64,000 nt of DNA, taken from positions 14,756,001-14,820,000 of the forward strand of contig NC_045714.1 in NCBI RefSeq assembly GCF_009834535.1. The letters run 5' to 3'. How positions within the stretch are numbered: position 1 is the stretch's first letter; every line of letters begins with the position of its first letter. The DNA is from Camelus ferus. Lineage: Eukaryota. Below, in pieces: positions 1 to 11,880 of the stretch. Below the pieces are notes generated by a model. That model worked only from the letters and a program-made list of their open reading frames with translations. It did no database searches and was not told the DNA's origin. The position numbers and the translations under genes were made by a program.

Positions 1-2674
1 ATTATTCTAGAATCACCTTTTCAAATGCAATGGTAACGGTTTGCCTGTTAACACGTGCCCTTGAGATTCTCCGGGATACAAGAAACAGGACGGACATGCA
101 GGGGAAAGGACCTCAGTGATTCTGGCCCCTTTACCGTAACCTCTCGGTCAGCCTGCCTCAGCCCAACCTGGGCCCGCTGGAGAGGCGGCAGAGGAGAGGG
201 GACCACTGGGGGATGTGTTAGGAGGGGCGGGCCCAGGGGCTCAGGCCTCTGACTCGGAGCCCTCCTCCTGCCAGCCTGGCCCTCCTGGCATCAGTGCACT
301 TCCCTCGCACGCAAGGAAGGCCCTGGGGAGAAGAGAGGACCAGGGGCTTCACGGCATTCGAACCACCTGGACAAACCAGAGCGGCAGCAGCGGGGCCACG
401 GCACTGTGCTCCCCGAAAGACCCAGCGCCTCACTCTGACCTACACGTAAGCCTGAGCCACGACAGGACGCAACCCAGGACGCGAGCTCTCGTGTGTCATG
501 CTCAGCCCTGAACTCCCCTCACGTCCGTCCCAAGTCCAGCCACTTATGGACAAGTCCACCATCCCGGTCACCCCAGCACCACTGTGTGGATAGGTGGCTC
601 TCGGCCGCCTCCAGCCAGGACTGTCCAAGGGAAAGAGGAGACAAGCCAGCCAGCATCACCGGGAACCTGCGTCCAGCCCTGGGGTAAGGCCAGGCAGGGT
701 GGCATCTGGGAGAGGAGTGGCCAAGCAGGCTGGTGGTGAGGGCTACCTGGAGGGCTGGGCTCCATACCAGCCCGGCCCACGCTGTCTGGCCCCGCCAGGC
801 CACCAGCACACAGCAGGCTTTGTGCAGGGACCTTAGCCCACCTGCATCCCCACCCTGCTGGCAGCACACTTCCCACCACCTCTGCCACATTTCCTGCAAA
901 ACTCTGAAAGCAAGGCAGCAAGTGATCCGGCAGAGCTCCTTCTGCAGCAGGAGAACTTGGAGGTGTTCCCCGAGCACTGTGGTCTGCACCGCACCACCTC
1001 CCCTCCTCGCTGCCTTGAGGGCGTGGTTCCAGGTGGTTCCAGGCCATCTGCAGCACAGGGTGGGGGGGTGGAGGTGGCGGTGACTGTTCTGGCCTCAACT
1101 TACAGCAAAGCTAAAACTACACTTGTTTCAAACATGAACTCTACGTGAGCCCGCCAACGGCACTGCAGAGTTGGGCCGCTCGTGATCACAGGCAGCCCCT
1201 CGGAAGCCACTGGCCCTGGCCTCAGGCTCTCAAAACACTCAGCACGGTAGCTCAAACGCTGTCCGGCCTGGCTCCTGCGACAGCCGCAAGGCCCAGCTAG
1301 AGTGCGTGGGTTCACCTGCTAGGGACGCGGGTGCAGAAGCCAAAGGGATGGAAACAAATTCCACGCCTTCATGCCTCTGAGCAGGCAGGTCATGGGTCTT
1401 GTGAAAGGAGCAGCACAGGAAAAAATTCTTTCGAGGACAAAGCAGGTAAAACAATAAAGCCATCGCCCTGACTGCACGAGGCTTCTAGTTACAGCCTTTG
1501 CACAACTTAGGGCCTCAGAGAAGGGAGGCGGCAGGTCTTCACGGCAAAATGTCTGCTGACTGCAGGGAACACAGCCCCAAGCGTTGCACCCCTAGGCCAA
1601 GGCAGAAGTGACAGACAAAACGTGCCCTCCAAAGTAAGCTCAAGCAGTCGTGACAGTTACTCCCAGGTCACTTTCTTTGAAGAACGAACAGTAAAAGACA
1701 ATAAAGCCATAAGCCTGTCCTATCATTAAGTGTTTGTTATACTTACCAACACTCACCCACGTTAAAAAAAAAAACCTTTCAGCCTCAACAACCAGAACCA
1801 TCTATTTTAAACTGGAAATGTCTGCTTCCTAAACCCAGCTGTCTTAGGAGGAATAATTCCAGAATTACTCAAATGCTTTAAGTTTCACAAACAGTAAAGC
1901 GACGCAGCCATTAAGGTGACCAAGAGGAGGCAAATGGAAGGAAAAACAGAAAGGCCCCTTCAGAACCTCAAGGCAAAGAGAACACCTCTGGAGTCTGCAG
2001 AGCAGCATTTACTTGGGGGAGGGGAGTGACTATCATAAATTATGTAAAAGAGGAAAAGCACCTAGGGCAGTGAGGAGCAGTGACAAAGCGAGTGACACAG
2101 GCTCCGGGGAGAGGCCTGGGGGTGCGGCTGGTTCCCCCCTCGGAGTCCTGCATCTGCTTCCTGCCTCGGCGAGCAGTTCTGAGTGACCTCACAAAGAGGT
2201 CTGTCACCGCTCTTCAGGCACCGTTAGCTGCATTTCAGACGGAAGCCCCTACTGTGTGCACCATCCTTGTGTTTTAGGACGTCCCTGGCTCTCAGATGCA
2301 GCTACAGGAAACGGATGCTCAGCCAGTGCCCACTTGACCAGGCACTCCTCGCTGCCCGGGCTCACTGGCCCACCAGCGGCGAGTCACATGCCAGCTTCCT
2401 CCCAGACTCTTCACAGTGGCCCCAACGCCAAGAAAAGGTATCGATTTAGCCCAGCTTTGTGCTTGCCACCCAAAACCTGACAGAAACCCTGCTGACAGCT
2501 TTCACAATACAGGTGGGCTAGGGTCCCTGCACACAGCACAGGTGTCAAGGAGGGCGCTGTCAGGGATGCCAGGCAGAAGCTTCTTGCAAAGAGAGTACAG
2601 AGGCACAAACTCCAGCGCACACAAGATAGCATCTGAGAGACACTGTACACCAGGTCTCCAAGAGATGCCACGCG

Positions 2675-2688
2675 GCGCCCTCAAGTGG
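2675..2688 (-). promoter_or_regulatory. Candidate CTCF core motif in YTHDF1 intron 3
   Basis: Minus strand reads CCACTTGAGGGCGC, one mismatch to the CCACTAGAGGGCGC-type core. Motif match only. Confidence 0.35.
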
Positions 2689-4548
2689 TAAAACACATGC
2701 CCAGCACTTCAGGTGGTTCTGCACACAATAGGTCAAGACTTGACTAACAGTACAGCTTCCTCTGGTTACAGACGGCCGGCCGGCACCGGGACCCGAAACA
2801 AGTACCTTCACAGAGCGCTCTCGTACGGTGTTTCTCGTTACACTCCAAGCACAACAGAATTGTTAAGGAGGAATAAAAAGTTCGCTTTTATCCCTTCTGT
2901 ACCGGGCAGGTGTGACCGGGCACACTGACAAGTCCATCGACAGCCAAGTGCCTCCAGTGTAGATGCAGGCGCCCCGTCGGTTCCCTCCCGGCCTGGCAGT
3001 TGGCTGGCACACCTGCAACAACTCAGAAGAGGAACTTTTCTGGGTCCTTTCGGGGGGAAAAAACAAAACAAAACAGGACTGGAAAGGAGGCAGGCCCTGA
3101 GGACAAAGTCAGGAGGACTCAGCAGCGGCAGAGCCCCACCCAACGCCTTCACCCCGGGCCCCCACCCGGACCCCGCTGCTTCAGGAAAGCTGACCAACGT
3201 GTGCTGCCCCGGGAGCCCCAGGAAGGGACATGCACACCGGGAGCAGTGGCCCCAGCCTTCCTGAGGGAAGGACCAGCCACCAGAGCGCAACAGTCCCGTT
3301 ACAGAGCATTACCATTAACCAACTGAACTTAGACGGCCTGCTTCTAAATGTTTTCCAAGTCATCTTCAATACGAAGGCTTCACAAATCAGAAAGCCACAG
3401 TGTCTCCAAGAGGCTACTAGAAACCACACCTGAGTTCTGACAGGTGAGCATCGCAGAGCTGACGGAGGTGCTGGCTCCATGAGGGAGGATTGCGTACACA
3501 AGTGGGCCCTCTCGCCACAGTCCACCTGGCAGCAGCACCACCTCAGCAGAACCTGGCGCAAACAGGGCTGCACGCTTCCCTCTGCTGGCCACGCCACCAC
3601 TGCTCCGGCTCACGCACCAGCAGTCAGGCTGGACATCACGGCACATCCTCAGTCTGAGCACCTTCCTAAACCTCCACCGGCAGAGTCCACGTGGAGAGGC
3701 AGCAACCATCCCCAGTGACTCCTGACTGCATCACAGCTCACGCGAAGAAAGGAGAGGCAGACACAGGACCCAGAGAACCCGGCTGCACGCCTGGCACGAG
3801 GCACTGGCCCTCAGGTTCCTCATCCACGAGACGACGAGGATCCAAGAGCCCCGGCGGTCACAGGCTTCCTGTGCCCTCCAGCAGTCGGGCATTTCTGGAC
3901 AGTCTGTTCTCAATCAAGAGCCTTCTCAGCAGGTTCACTGTGCGAACTGATCTTGCTGAAAACTGCACATCTAACATCCGGGAGGAAGGGGCCATTTTCA
4001 GGCTGTTCACTGACAGCACCAACCTGTGGGGTCTTTCCACACGGCTCCCGGGGGACAGCCGGCCCTCTTCTGATATCAGAAAATCACCCACTCTGTCTGG
4101 AAGGAACTCCTCCGGAGTGACGAAAGCTCCTGCCTTGTAAACATAAGACTAAACACGTAACACTTCTAGATCCAATTACATAAGAGAAATAAGATGGTCA
4201 ACAAAGTAAGTCCACTAAACTGCCTGGTCACTACCTCCAGCTGACCGCCCATCACTGAGCAGCCAGTTCTACTGTGCAGCCCTCATCCTGCCCAGGAGGG
4301 TGGGTTCTCGGGGCCCCTCTGTACAGGGTCTCTCAGGTCCCTCAGCTGCTGACTTGCCAAGTGCAGCAAGAAAGAGGAGGGTGAAGAAAAGTTCTAAGAC
4401 ACTTCAGAGAGGGGCAGACTAGCAAGAAAAGAGGCTGAGTAGGTTTACACCACAGGAAGAGGCAGAACCTGGTTTTATACTAAAGCAAACATGCACAGTA
4501 CATTTTAAAAGCAGTACACACTAGGCTTAAACCTAAATCCAACTAGCT

Positions 4549-4776
4549 AAGTGGTCTTAACCAGGGCTATTCAGCCTCCCAGAGACATCTGCCAAGACAT
4601 CTTTGGTTGTCCCAAAACCAAACCATGTGATTAGGGGGCAGGGGAGGGGGTACTAGTGGCATCTCATGAACGAAGGCCAGGGAGGCTGCCAAATATCCGA
4701 CAATGCACAGCACAGCCCCCAGAACAAAGCCTGTTTCAGTCCAAAACATCCTCAGTGCCAATGCTGAGAGACCTTG
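4549..4776 (+). mobile_element. MER20-like hAT-Charlie DNA transposon relic
   Basis: Recognisable MER20 blocks: GTGGTCTTAACCAGGG...GACATCTTTGGTTGTC...TAGTGGCATCT...GAAGGCCAGGGAGGCTGCCAAATATCCGACAATGCACAG...AGTGCCAATGCTGAGAGACCTTG. Recognised from memory of the consensus. Confidence 0.75.
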
Positions 4777-5285
4777 AAATACCTAAGAAAACCAAGTGGC
4801 ACTGACTTACCCAGGTACCACCCTGAGCTCTACACAAACTGTCTAGTCTTAGCCTCCCCAGTTCTATCAGGAGCTACTGTGAACTGTCCTACAGAAAAGG
4901 AAGCAGGCACAGAGAGGGCAAGCCACTGAGGCAGTGTCACACAGTCATCATTGGAGTGAAGAACCCAGGGCCAGAGTCTCACTCCAGAGTCCTGCTCCTA
5001 GCTGCTCTCCCAGTCCACAATTCCAATTGTCCAGAGCTAACACAAAGTCACCAGACAACCTCAGAGAACCATGCACACCTCCACTCTGTCAAACGCAGTG
5101 TATCACTGCCCGCCAATGCTGAGGCCAACTAGAACTCTGGTCAAACGCCAGCCCCAGTAGGACGTCATTTACAACATTTTATAGTCCACTTCTTTGTTGT
5201 TTAGGATAATAAAAGTCGGATTTACGGTAGTAAACTTGTGTTACAAAACTAATGGAAAAATACATGTTAAGAAAGATAAACTCAC

Positions 5286-5365
5286 CTGGTTTGACTGTCC
5301 AGAAAGGTAGGGCTCAAAGTCATTGTCATGAACTGTGTCCTTCTGATGCAAAGAACCATTTTGTA
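5286..5365 (-). CDS. YTHDF1: YTHDF1 coding exon 3 (80 nt; (V)[26 protein letters not shown])
   Basis: Peptide matches the YTHDF1 N-terminus. TAG acceptor at 5368-5366, GTGAG donor at 5285-5281. Cumulative CDS 132 nt, ending in phase 0. The next (YTH-domain) exon is not in the window, so 1-5285 is intron 3. Confidence 0.97.
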
Positions 5366-6433
5366 CTAAAACGAGAAATTGCAAAATACTACATTTAAAT
5401 TTCAAAAAGTTACTTTTAAGCATGAAAATTAAAGGTAATAAGGCTTATCTCCATCAATTCCTAGTAGTCGTTGCTTCTACTTAAAAACAGTCATTACAAA
5501 ACTGGTACTTACACAACTAATTACAAAGATGATGCACAACTTTCAATAACTTAAGCTACCTTTCTGATAAAAATTAACTGCAATTTGGTAAATGCTGACA
5601 AAACAGAGGTGCAGACAAAATAATGTGAGGCACTCGTAGCCAGGTTTTGGTAAAGATGATGTGGTCTGAGACCCACGTGTACCACACAGAGAATGGCGCT
5701 TCCCAAAGCCTAGCTGTTCACGTGAGGAGAGGAGACCAGGAAACGCAGGGCAGCGTGGCTGGGAAGAGAGTGGGACAGAACAAGGCGTTGGTGAACGTGC
5801 TGTTATCTGCCCTGTTCTCATTTTCCTCTGTCACCGTGCCCAGCCAGGAAAGGAAGGGGGAGGTAAGGAAGTGCTGGGCCTTCTCCAATCTTAAAACACG
5901 ATGAACCGTATCTGCTTACACCCGAGTCTCTCTCTCACACACACACACACGTGTTAAAAACAATCTTCTGAGTAAACATAAAGCAGAGTCACTAGTTCTC
6001 ACAAGAATGAGTCCTGGGGGTCTGCCTCAAGACAGATCACAAGGGTTCCAGCTATCAGAGTAAGAGCTAGCTTACAGGGCCAAGGGCTGGCAAGTCACCC
6101 AGAGTCAGCCCCACACCTGGGGCACAGACAGGCAAGGCCCTGGCCAGGGTCCCCTCCCCCATTCAAATCAAGCATCTCGCGGTAGGAAAGGAAGATGGAA
6201 TTCTCTAACCACCTGTTTATTCATCTCTTGAAAAGTCTATTTTAAGCCCGTTAAATCTCCCCAAGTATCCCAACCTAAAGTTGCATCTCCCTGAACCTGC
6301 GCGTGGAAAACTTGGCGGTTCCAGGCGCCTCTCCGGAGCCCTGCTCTTACTCCGCACGGAGCGCCCGATTCCCAACAAGCCCCGCTTCCCGCTCCGCCCC
6401 GGGGCCCGCACGGCCCGTCCCGGCTCCGCTCAC

Positions 6434-6458
6434 CTTTATTATCTTGTCCTTTTGTTCG
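6434..6458 (-). CDS. YTHDF1: YTHDF1 coding exon 2 (25 nt; RTKGQDNK)
   Basis: CAG acceptor at 6461-6459, GTGAG donor at 6433-6429, phase consistent with exons 1 and 3. Confidence 0.96.
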
Positions 6459-6659
6459 CTGCTTCCCCGCAGGCCCGGACGTGCGAGTGGACAAAAGCCA
6501 GGAAAAGGAAACACAAAGTTATTCACGAGAACCCCTCCCAGGCAGGCGGCGCGCTCCGGCACGAAGGGCCCGCGGTCACAGGCGACGCCGGCCCGGTCCC
6601 TGGCCCCGCGACCCCGGCTCCCGGCTTCCGGCCCCCGGGCCCGCGACCCCGGCCGCTAC

Positions 6660-6686
6660 CTGGGGGTCCACGCTGGTGGCCGACAT
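6660..6686 (-). CDS. YTHDF1: YTHDF1 coding exon 1 (MSATSVDPQ), m6A reader protein
   Basis: ATG at 6686-6684 in context AGCATGT, GTAGC donor at 6659, peptide matches the YTHDF1 start. Confidence 0.97.
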
Positions 6687-6915
6687 GCTTCATGAACAGC
6701 GCGGCGCGGGGCCCGGGCGCCCGCCGGCTCGGGCCTCCCCGCGAGGTCGGGTCTGTCACCCGCGCTCTCGCGGCCCCGGGCCCGCCGCCTCCTTCCCGGG
6801 CGCCGGCCGGCCGGGCGGCGGCGGCGGCGGCGGCTGCTGGGCGCGCAGGCCGCGAGCGGGCCGGGCGCAGGGCGGCGAGCAGGACCGGACGCACTGACCA
6901 GGTGCTGATTCCAAT

Positions 6916-6916
<1 letters not shown>

Positions 6917-6946
<30 letters not shown>

Positions 6947-6985
6947 GCGACGGCGACGGCGACAGCGGCAGCAGCGGCGGCGACC
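6917..6985. repeat. Imperfect GCG/CGC trinucleotide repeat in the YTHDF1 5' UTR
   Basis: (GCG)8 followed by GCA/ACG-interrupted triplets. A second GCG run lies at about 6815-6832. Confidence 0.9.
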
Positions 6986-7929
6986 GGAACGAGGCTGCGC
7001 GACGTCAGCGCGCGCGGGGCAGGCTGGGAGGCCGACCTGCTGCCACGCGCCGCGCCTGCGCAGCGCCTTCCGGGGGGACGGATCTCGCGCCCGAGGGCCC
7101 AGTCTCGCGCGGCGGCTCAGGGGCGGGGCGAGCCCCGGAAGTCACGTGGGCGTGTCCAATGGCGCTGCGGGGGCCGCGACTCAGGGGGTCACCTACTGGG
7201 CCTCGAGCGCGCAGCCGCAGCGTGGGCAGTGGTGCTGCAGAGTCTCGGCGCCTGCAGCCGCTGGCTGGCTCAGGTAGTGGGCCCGATGACACCCCTGCGC
7301 TGGTCCCCGGGACGGGGAGAAGCGAAGCCAGCAAGTGCAGCCACTCCGAAAGCCACTTACAGCAGGCTGCAGTCCACTGTACCCTGCTGCTCGCCCCAAA
7401 CGCCCCGCCGGCATCCCTCGGAGGGGCGCCCAGGCGCCGAGCTTTGCTGTCCTCGGGGCGGCTCCTTGGTTTCTGCAGCAGCTGTCCCGGTAGAGCCCTG
7501 GGCTCGGGCCTCCCTGAAGGTCGGCTTTGCAAGCACTCTTGGATCTACAAGGGGCTCCCCAGTTTATAACCAGTTTGCATGTTAGATTCTTGACTCCGGG
7601 TTTCACCACGGGAAGGAAAAGAGAGGTCAGCTCTGCATGGCGCCCTTTTGGGCCTTTTGGTCTCTGTTCAGGGGTGGACAGCCCCTTCTTGGCTCCAGCT
7701 TCCTGAAGGGAGCCCAGTTCCCACTTCCTACTCACTTCCATGCCTTAACCCACGGAAGGTTCCAGCCTGGATGTCCCTCCTGGCTCTTGGGCCCCTGTGA
7801 CTACTTCCCAGCATGGCTTCCAAGTGGGTCTTTTCTTCTTTTCCAGCTCTGGCAGGTGTACCACCCTCACAAGGCCCAGGTCTGGGTCCTGTCCTTGTCC
7901 TGCTGAAGGTAAGAGGCCTGGAATGTTGG

Positions 7930-8165
7930 CTCTCTCCATTTCTGGTGGCCCCAGGTGTCCTTGGTGCTCTGTCTCCATCATCACATGGTCTTCTCAGTGT
8001 GTTGTGTCTTGACTCTTCCTCTTCTTATAAGGACATACATCATTGGATTTAGGGCCACCCTACTCCAGTATGAGCTCATCTTAACTTCATTCTATCTGCA
8101 GCGACCCTGTTTTCAAATAAGATCACATTTCCAGGTAACAGAGAGACACTATTCAGCCAGTACAA
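7930..8165 (-). mobile_element. MLT1-type MaLR LTR fragment
   Basis: TCTTATAAGGACA...CATTGGATTTAGGGCCACCCTACTCCAGTATGAGCTCATCTTAACT...GACCCTGTTTTCAAATAAGATCACATT is typical MLT1 sequence. Confidence 0.75.
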
Positions 8166-10929
8166 GGATCACAGGTGATGTCCACTGAAAAAGTTGGAGA
8201 TGAGCTATAGGACTGAGCAGTGAAAGGAGTAGCCCCCAAAACTGAGGCCTGAGGAGGTGTGGTCAGACCAGCCTGCTGACCGGGGAAGGGGCAGACAGGA
8301 TCTGGTAGCCACCACCTCCCCACTACCCTCCAGGCTGCCACCCTGCCAGCTGGGAAATCTGGCAGTGTCCCTCACTGATCTCAGTGAAGGGGGAGAGCGA
8401 GGGTCGTCCAGGGCAGGGGGCAGCGTGGTCCCAGCTGGCAGGAAACATGGGACCCCAAAAGCCCTATGAAGGGACTATGTGGGCCCAGCACTGGTGGCTG
8501 AAGCCCTCAGATCAGCCTCAGGGGAAGCCTTTTCCTCTGCCAGGCATGAGGACACAGGAAGGTTGGTGTCAAGGAGTCTAGAGCGAGCTTCCTGTAACTG
8601 CAGAGCACCACTACCATGGTCCAGCTGTGAAGAAGGTGAGAGAAAACTGCTCCAGTCTCACCTTTCCAGCCCAGCTTCTCTGGGACAGGGAGGCCCGGGT
8701 CCAGCAAGCTGGGGACAGAGTAGTTCCTGGCACAAGTAGGTGTGGTAGGGGCCTCAAATGACACTGACCAGCTCAGGCTTTGGAACAGCACAAGAACCTC
8801 TGGGGCAAAGATGGCCCAGCCCCAGGGTCTGTGCTGGGACCCATGGGCTCTCCCACTGTCCAGAACCCTCTGCTCCTGCCCTCCCCACCTGACCCTTGGC
8901 CATCCTCCAGCTTCCAGGAGCAGCTGAGTCCATGCAGGCACGGGGTACAGAGGTCTCCTCCCCTGCAGGTCCAATGGCAGAGAGAACCCACCCCATCCTG
9001 GACCCTCTACCTTCAGGCACCCCCTCTCTGCCGGACCCAGCTGGTATGGGATTGTGTATACATTGCCAGCATTGATTTAAAGAGATTTGATTTTCTACTT
9101 ATTTCAAAGGCATATGGGCACGTGGTTAAAACCCTCGTCTTCGTACTCGAAAGTACAGGGTGGAAGACGGAAGGTCTCTCGCAGCCTGTTCAGGTTCCAT
9201 TGTACAGCTGTGTAAGGACCCCTGGAGGGAGGTTCCTGCAGGGGGGTCCCTGGGTCAGAAGGCACTCACATTGGCCACCTGCATGTTGTCAGATCTGGCA
9301 GGTTGCCCCCAAGAGAGGCTGTGCCGATTCCCCAGCAGGGAGCTGGGGGTGGGGCCTAAGGGGCGGTGGCCCTGGCCATGGGTCCCTCAATGGCTGGCTT
9401 CTAGGGGCCTGCAGATGAAGACAGCCTTCCACCTCGCACCTCAGCTAGCACCTCCTGACTGGCTCCAGGGTCCCCCTGACCTGCCCTAGACAGCCTTGCA
9501 CCTCCCTGTGCCTCTAGTGCCCTTGAGGACCAACCAGACAAGCCTCCACTGCAGCTGTTCCCTCTGCTTGTGGCACCCTTCCCTGCCCTCTGCACAGCAC
9601 GCTCAGCTGCTTCTTCCTTTCTTCTCCCGTGAGAGTGGTCTGCCCTACCCTTCCACGGCTCCTCTGCACCTCATGCTCACCCTGGGGCCACTTGGGGCCC
9701 AGCCAGGTCATCAGTTGTCTGCAAGAGCTCTGCTCGACCCATGCCTGAGACGCCCTGCCCCAAAAAGGGCCTCCTTGTGAGCTTGAAAATCTACAGAGTG
9801 TGAAGGAGAGAGGGAGAGGCAGAAAGACAGAGGTTTTGAGCCCCTGTAATCTGTTCACCACCCCCACCCCCGAACTCAGCCCACATGGAGTTGGGATAGG
9901 CAGTACCCGTTTACCCTTGCAGCCTATCAGTTCAGCTTTCCCTGGAGGCCTGCTACCTGCTGACCATGGTTATGGTTAGCAAGCTCCCTGATCCAGCCCT
10001 TCCTGAAGCGGAACCCAGCAATCCTCTGGAGCCCTGGGCTGGGATCTGGGGCTGGAGATGGGACCTCTTACGTCTCCAGATGAGGTGGTCTGTCCCGTCA
10101 GTGAACATTTCAGGGTCTGCAGGACTGAGACAAGAAGGCCACCGTTCAGCCTTCCCTCCTCCCATGTCAAGCCCCATGTCATGTCTTCCACCCACCCCCA
10201 GCCTCCCAGCTCTGCCTCAAGGGGCACCTGGGCTTGGAGAAGGGCAGGAAGGAGCCAGGCTCAGCTGTGCTGAATCATCTGCAGGGACAGGCCGATCTTC
10301 CTGCCCAGGCCTGTGGCCACACATGCCCATGAAATCGTCTGATTTAATAAGCCCCAGTGATGTGGACTGGGCTGGGAAGACAGCCCTGAAGCTGTGGTCC
10401 AGATGGCTGCACGCGGGCCCATAGCTGGGTTAAGGTCTGGAGGTCCAGCCTCAGCCCTTGGGTGGGAGGAGCCCAGGATTGGGTCTGCCCTGGCTCTCGC
10501 TCTCCCCAGGCGGCCTCTGCTGGCCCCTTGTGGCTCTGCCCGCTGGCCACTTGCCCAGAGCCAGGGAACTGGGCCCAGCGGCTAGGGGTGCACAGGCTCT
10601 GAGGCCCCCAGGAGGGGAACCCACGGCAAGGACCCCTCTGGCATACACCCAGCATTGGCATGTTGCCCACTGCCTCCTGCTGCTTCCTGCAGTGACCCCC
10701 AAATAAAGTTCTTACACCCTGGCCTTGGTTTCAGGGTCTGCTCTGGAGAGCTCTACTCAGAGTGGAGATGAGGCAGTGCAGAGCATCCTTCTCTAAGGGG
10801 GAGTGAAATAAAACCCATCCTTCCCCCTCCCTCCACCCCTTTCGCTCGATTTCCACCAAACGTTATGACACTCTGGCCCAGGCTCTCGTGACCCCACAGA
10901 GAACCACAGCAGACATGGCTCCCACCGCC

Positions 10930-11317
10930 CACGTGACTGCCTTGGCTGCCCCGTGTCGTCCCTGTAGAGGAGGCTGCCCTCCCCTCCTGGGCGGCACTGC
11001 CTGCCTGGCTCAGGTGACCTGGAACCTTCTGCTTTCAGAGCCCCCTGGCGCCTGGCCCAGGAACTCAGAGCCAACCGACAGCAAAGCCCACCCTTTCTCC
11101 CCTCCCCTCCCCGGAGGTCCCAGAGCCAGGACCAGCCCTCTGCTGCCTCGGGAGGGGTCTTTGTGCTCTGGCCCCTCCCCTTGTACCAAGACACCACCTT
11201 CCCCTGAAGCGTGGAGTGAGGGCTGCAGCCCCAACGGCGGCCCCACCCGCTGAGGCCCCTGCCCAGGAGCCCCATGACACCTCCCACTGCAGGGAGCATG
11301 TGACACGGGCTGTCACA
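10930..11317. promoter_or_regulatory. BIRC7 proximal promoter E-boxes (candidate MITF/TFE sites)
   Basis: CACGTGAC at 10930-10937 and CATGTGAC at 11297-11304. The latter is part of the inverted repeat TGTGACA-N5-TGTCACA (11299-11317). BIRC7/ML-IAP is an established MITF target in melanocytes. Confidence 0.55.
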
Positions 11318-11552
11318 CTGGACCCTTCCAGAAGGTGGTAGGCCCCAGGGCCCCTCCCAGCCCCTGGGGGCATCTGGTGGACAGGACTGTTCCTGCCCCG
11401 TTGCCCAGCTGTTGGAAGCGAAGGCCACGGCTGTTTACGGGCAGGGCCCAGGGACCAAGAGCCCCGAGGCGGGCTGGCTGGGCACATTCCAGGGCTGGCC
11501 GTCCAGGGGCCCCGTCGCGGCTGCAGAACTGGTCAGGACTGCTGTTTTCTCT

Positions 11553-11880
11553 ATGGGGCTGGAGAACAGGGGCAAAAGTCAGTACTGTGGCCCGGAGCCG
11601 AGCCACTGGGTAGCTGGCGGCAGCCCTAATGAGGGACACCGTGAGCCCCACTTTCGGTGTGGCCACACCCAGCGCCAGGACCACACGGATGGGCAGATCC
11701 TGAGCCAGCTGCGCCCCCTGGCAGAGGAGGAGGAGGAAGAGGGGCCTGGGGCCTTGTCTGCCAGGCCCGCCTTCCCCGGGATGGGCTCCGAGGAGCTGCG
11801 GCTGGCCTCCTTCTATGACTGGCCGCTGACCAGCGCGGTACAGCCCGAGCTGCTGGCTGCCGCCGGCTTCTTCCACACGG
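11553..11880 (+). CDS. BIRC7: BIRC7 (Livin/ML-IAP) exon 1: N-terminus and start of BIR domain
   Basis: MGLENRG...[15 protein letters not shown]6-...[12 protein letters not shown]...[10 protein letters not shown]|GTGAGT donor, phase 1. Confidence 0.96.

Larger units (their letters stand above)
6290..7500. promoter_or_regulatory. YTHDF1 CpG island / promoter
   Basis: Very CpG-dense. Contains the ETS+E-box composite CCGGAAGTCACGTG (7135-7148), a GC box, CCAAT (about 7156), NRF1-like GCGCCTGCGC and two TCTCGCGC elements (about 7083, 7103). Boundaries approximate. Confidence 0.85.

Noticed and set aside
6281-7585. 434-aa + strand ORF (223 aa from ATG 6914, poly-Ala start)
   Set aside because: Antisense to YTHDF1 exons 1-2 and the promoter inside a CpG island. 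The poly-Ala is just the UTR triplet repeat, stop codons are rare at this GC content, and no domain is recognisable.
9500-11550. Search for a vestigial second BIR domain upstream of BIRC7
   Set aside because: No RLxSF/WP, CxxC or H-x6-C pattern in the ORFs supplied for this interval.
11412-11552. Longer BIRC7 N-terminus (LVRTAVFS resembles the mouse upstream extension)
   Set aside because: No in-frame ATG upstream of 11553. A near-cognate start cannot be supported from sequence alone.
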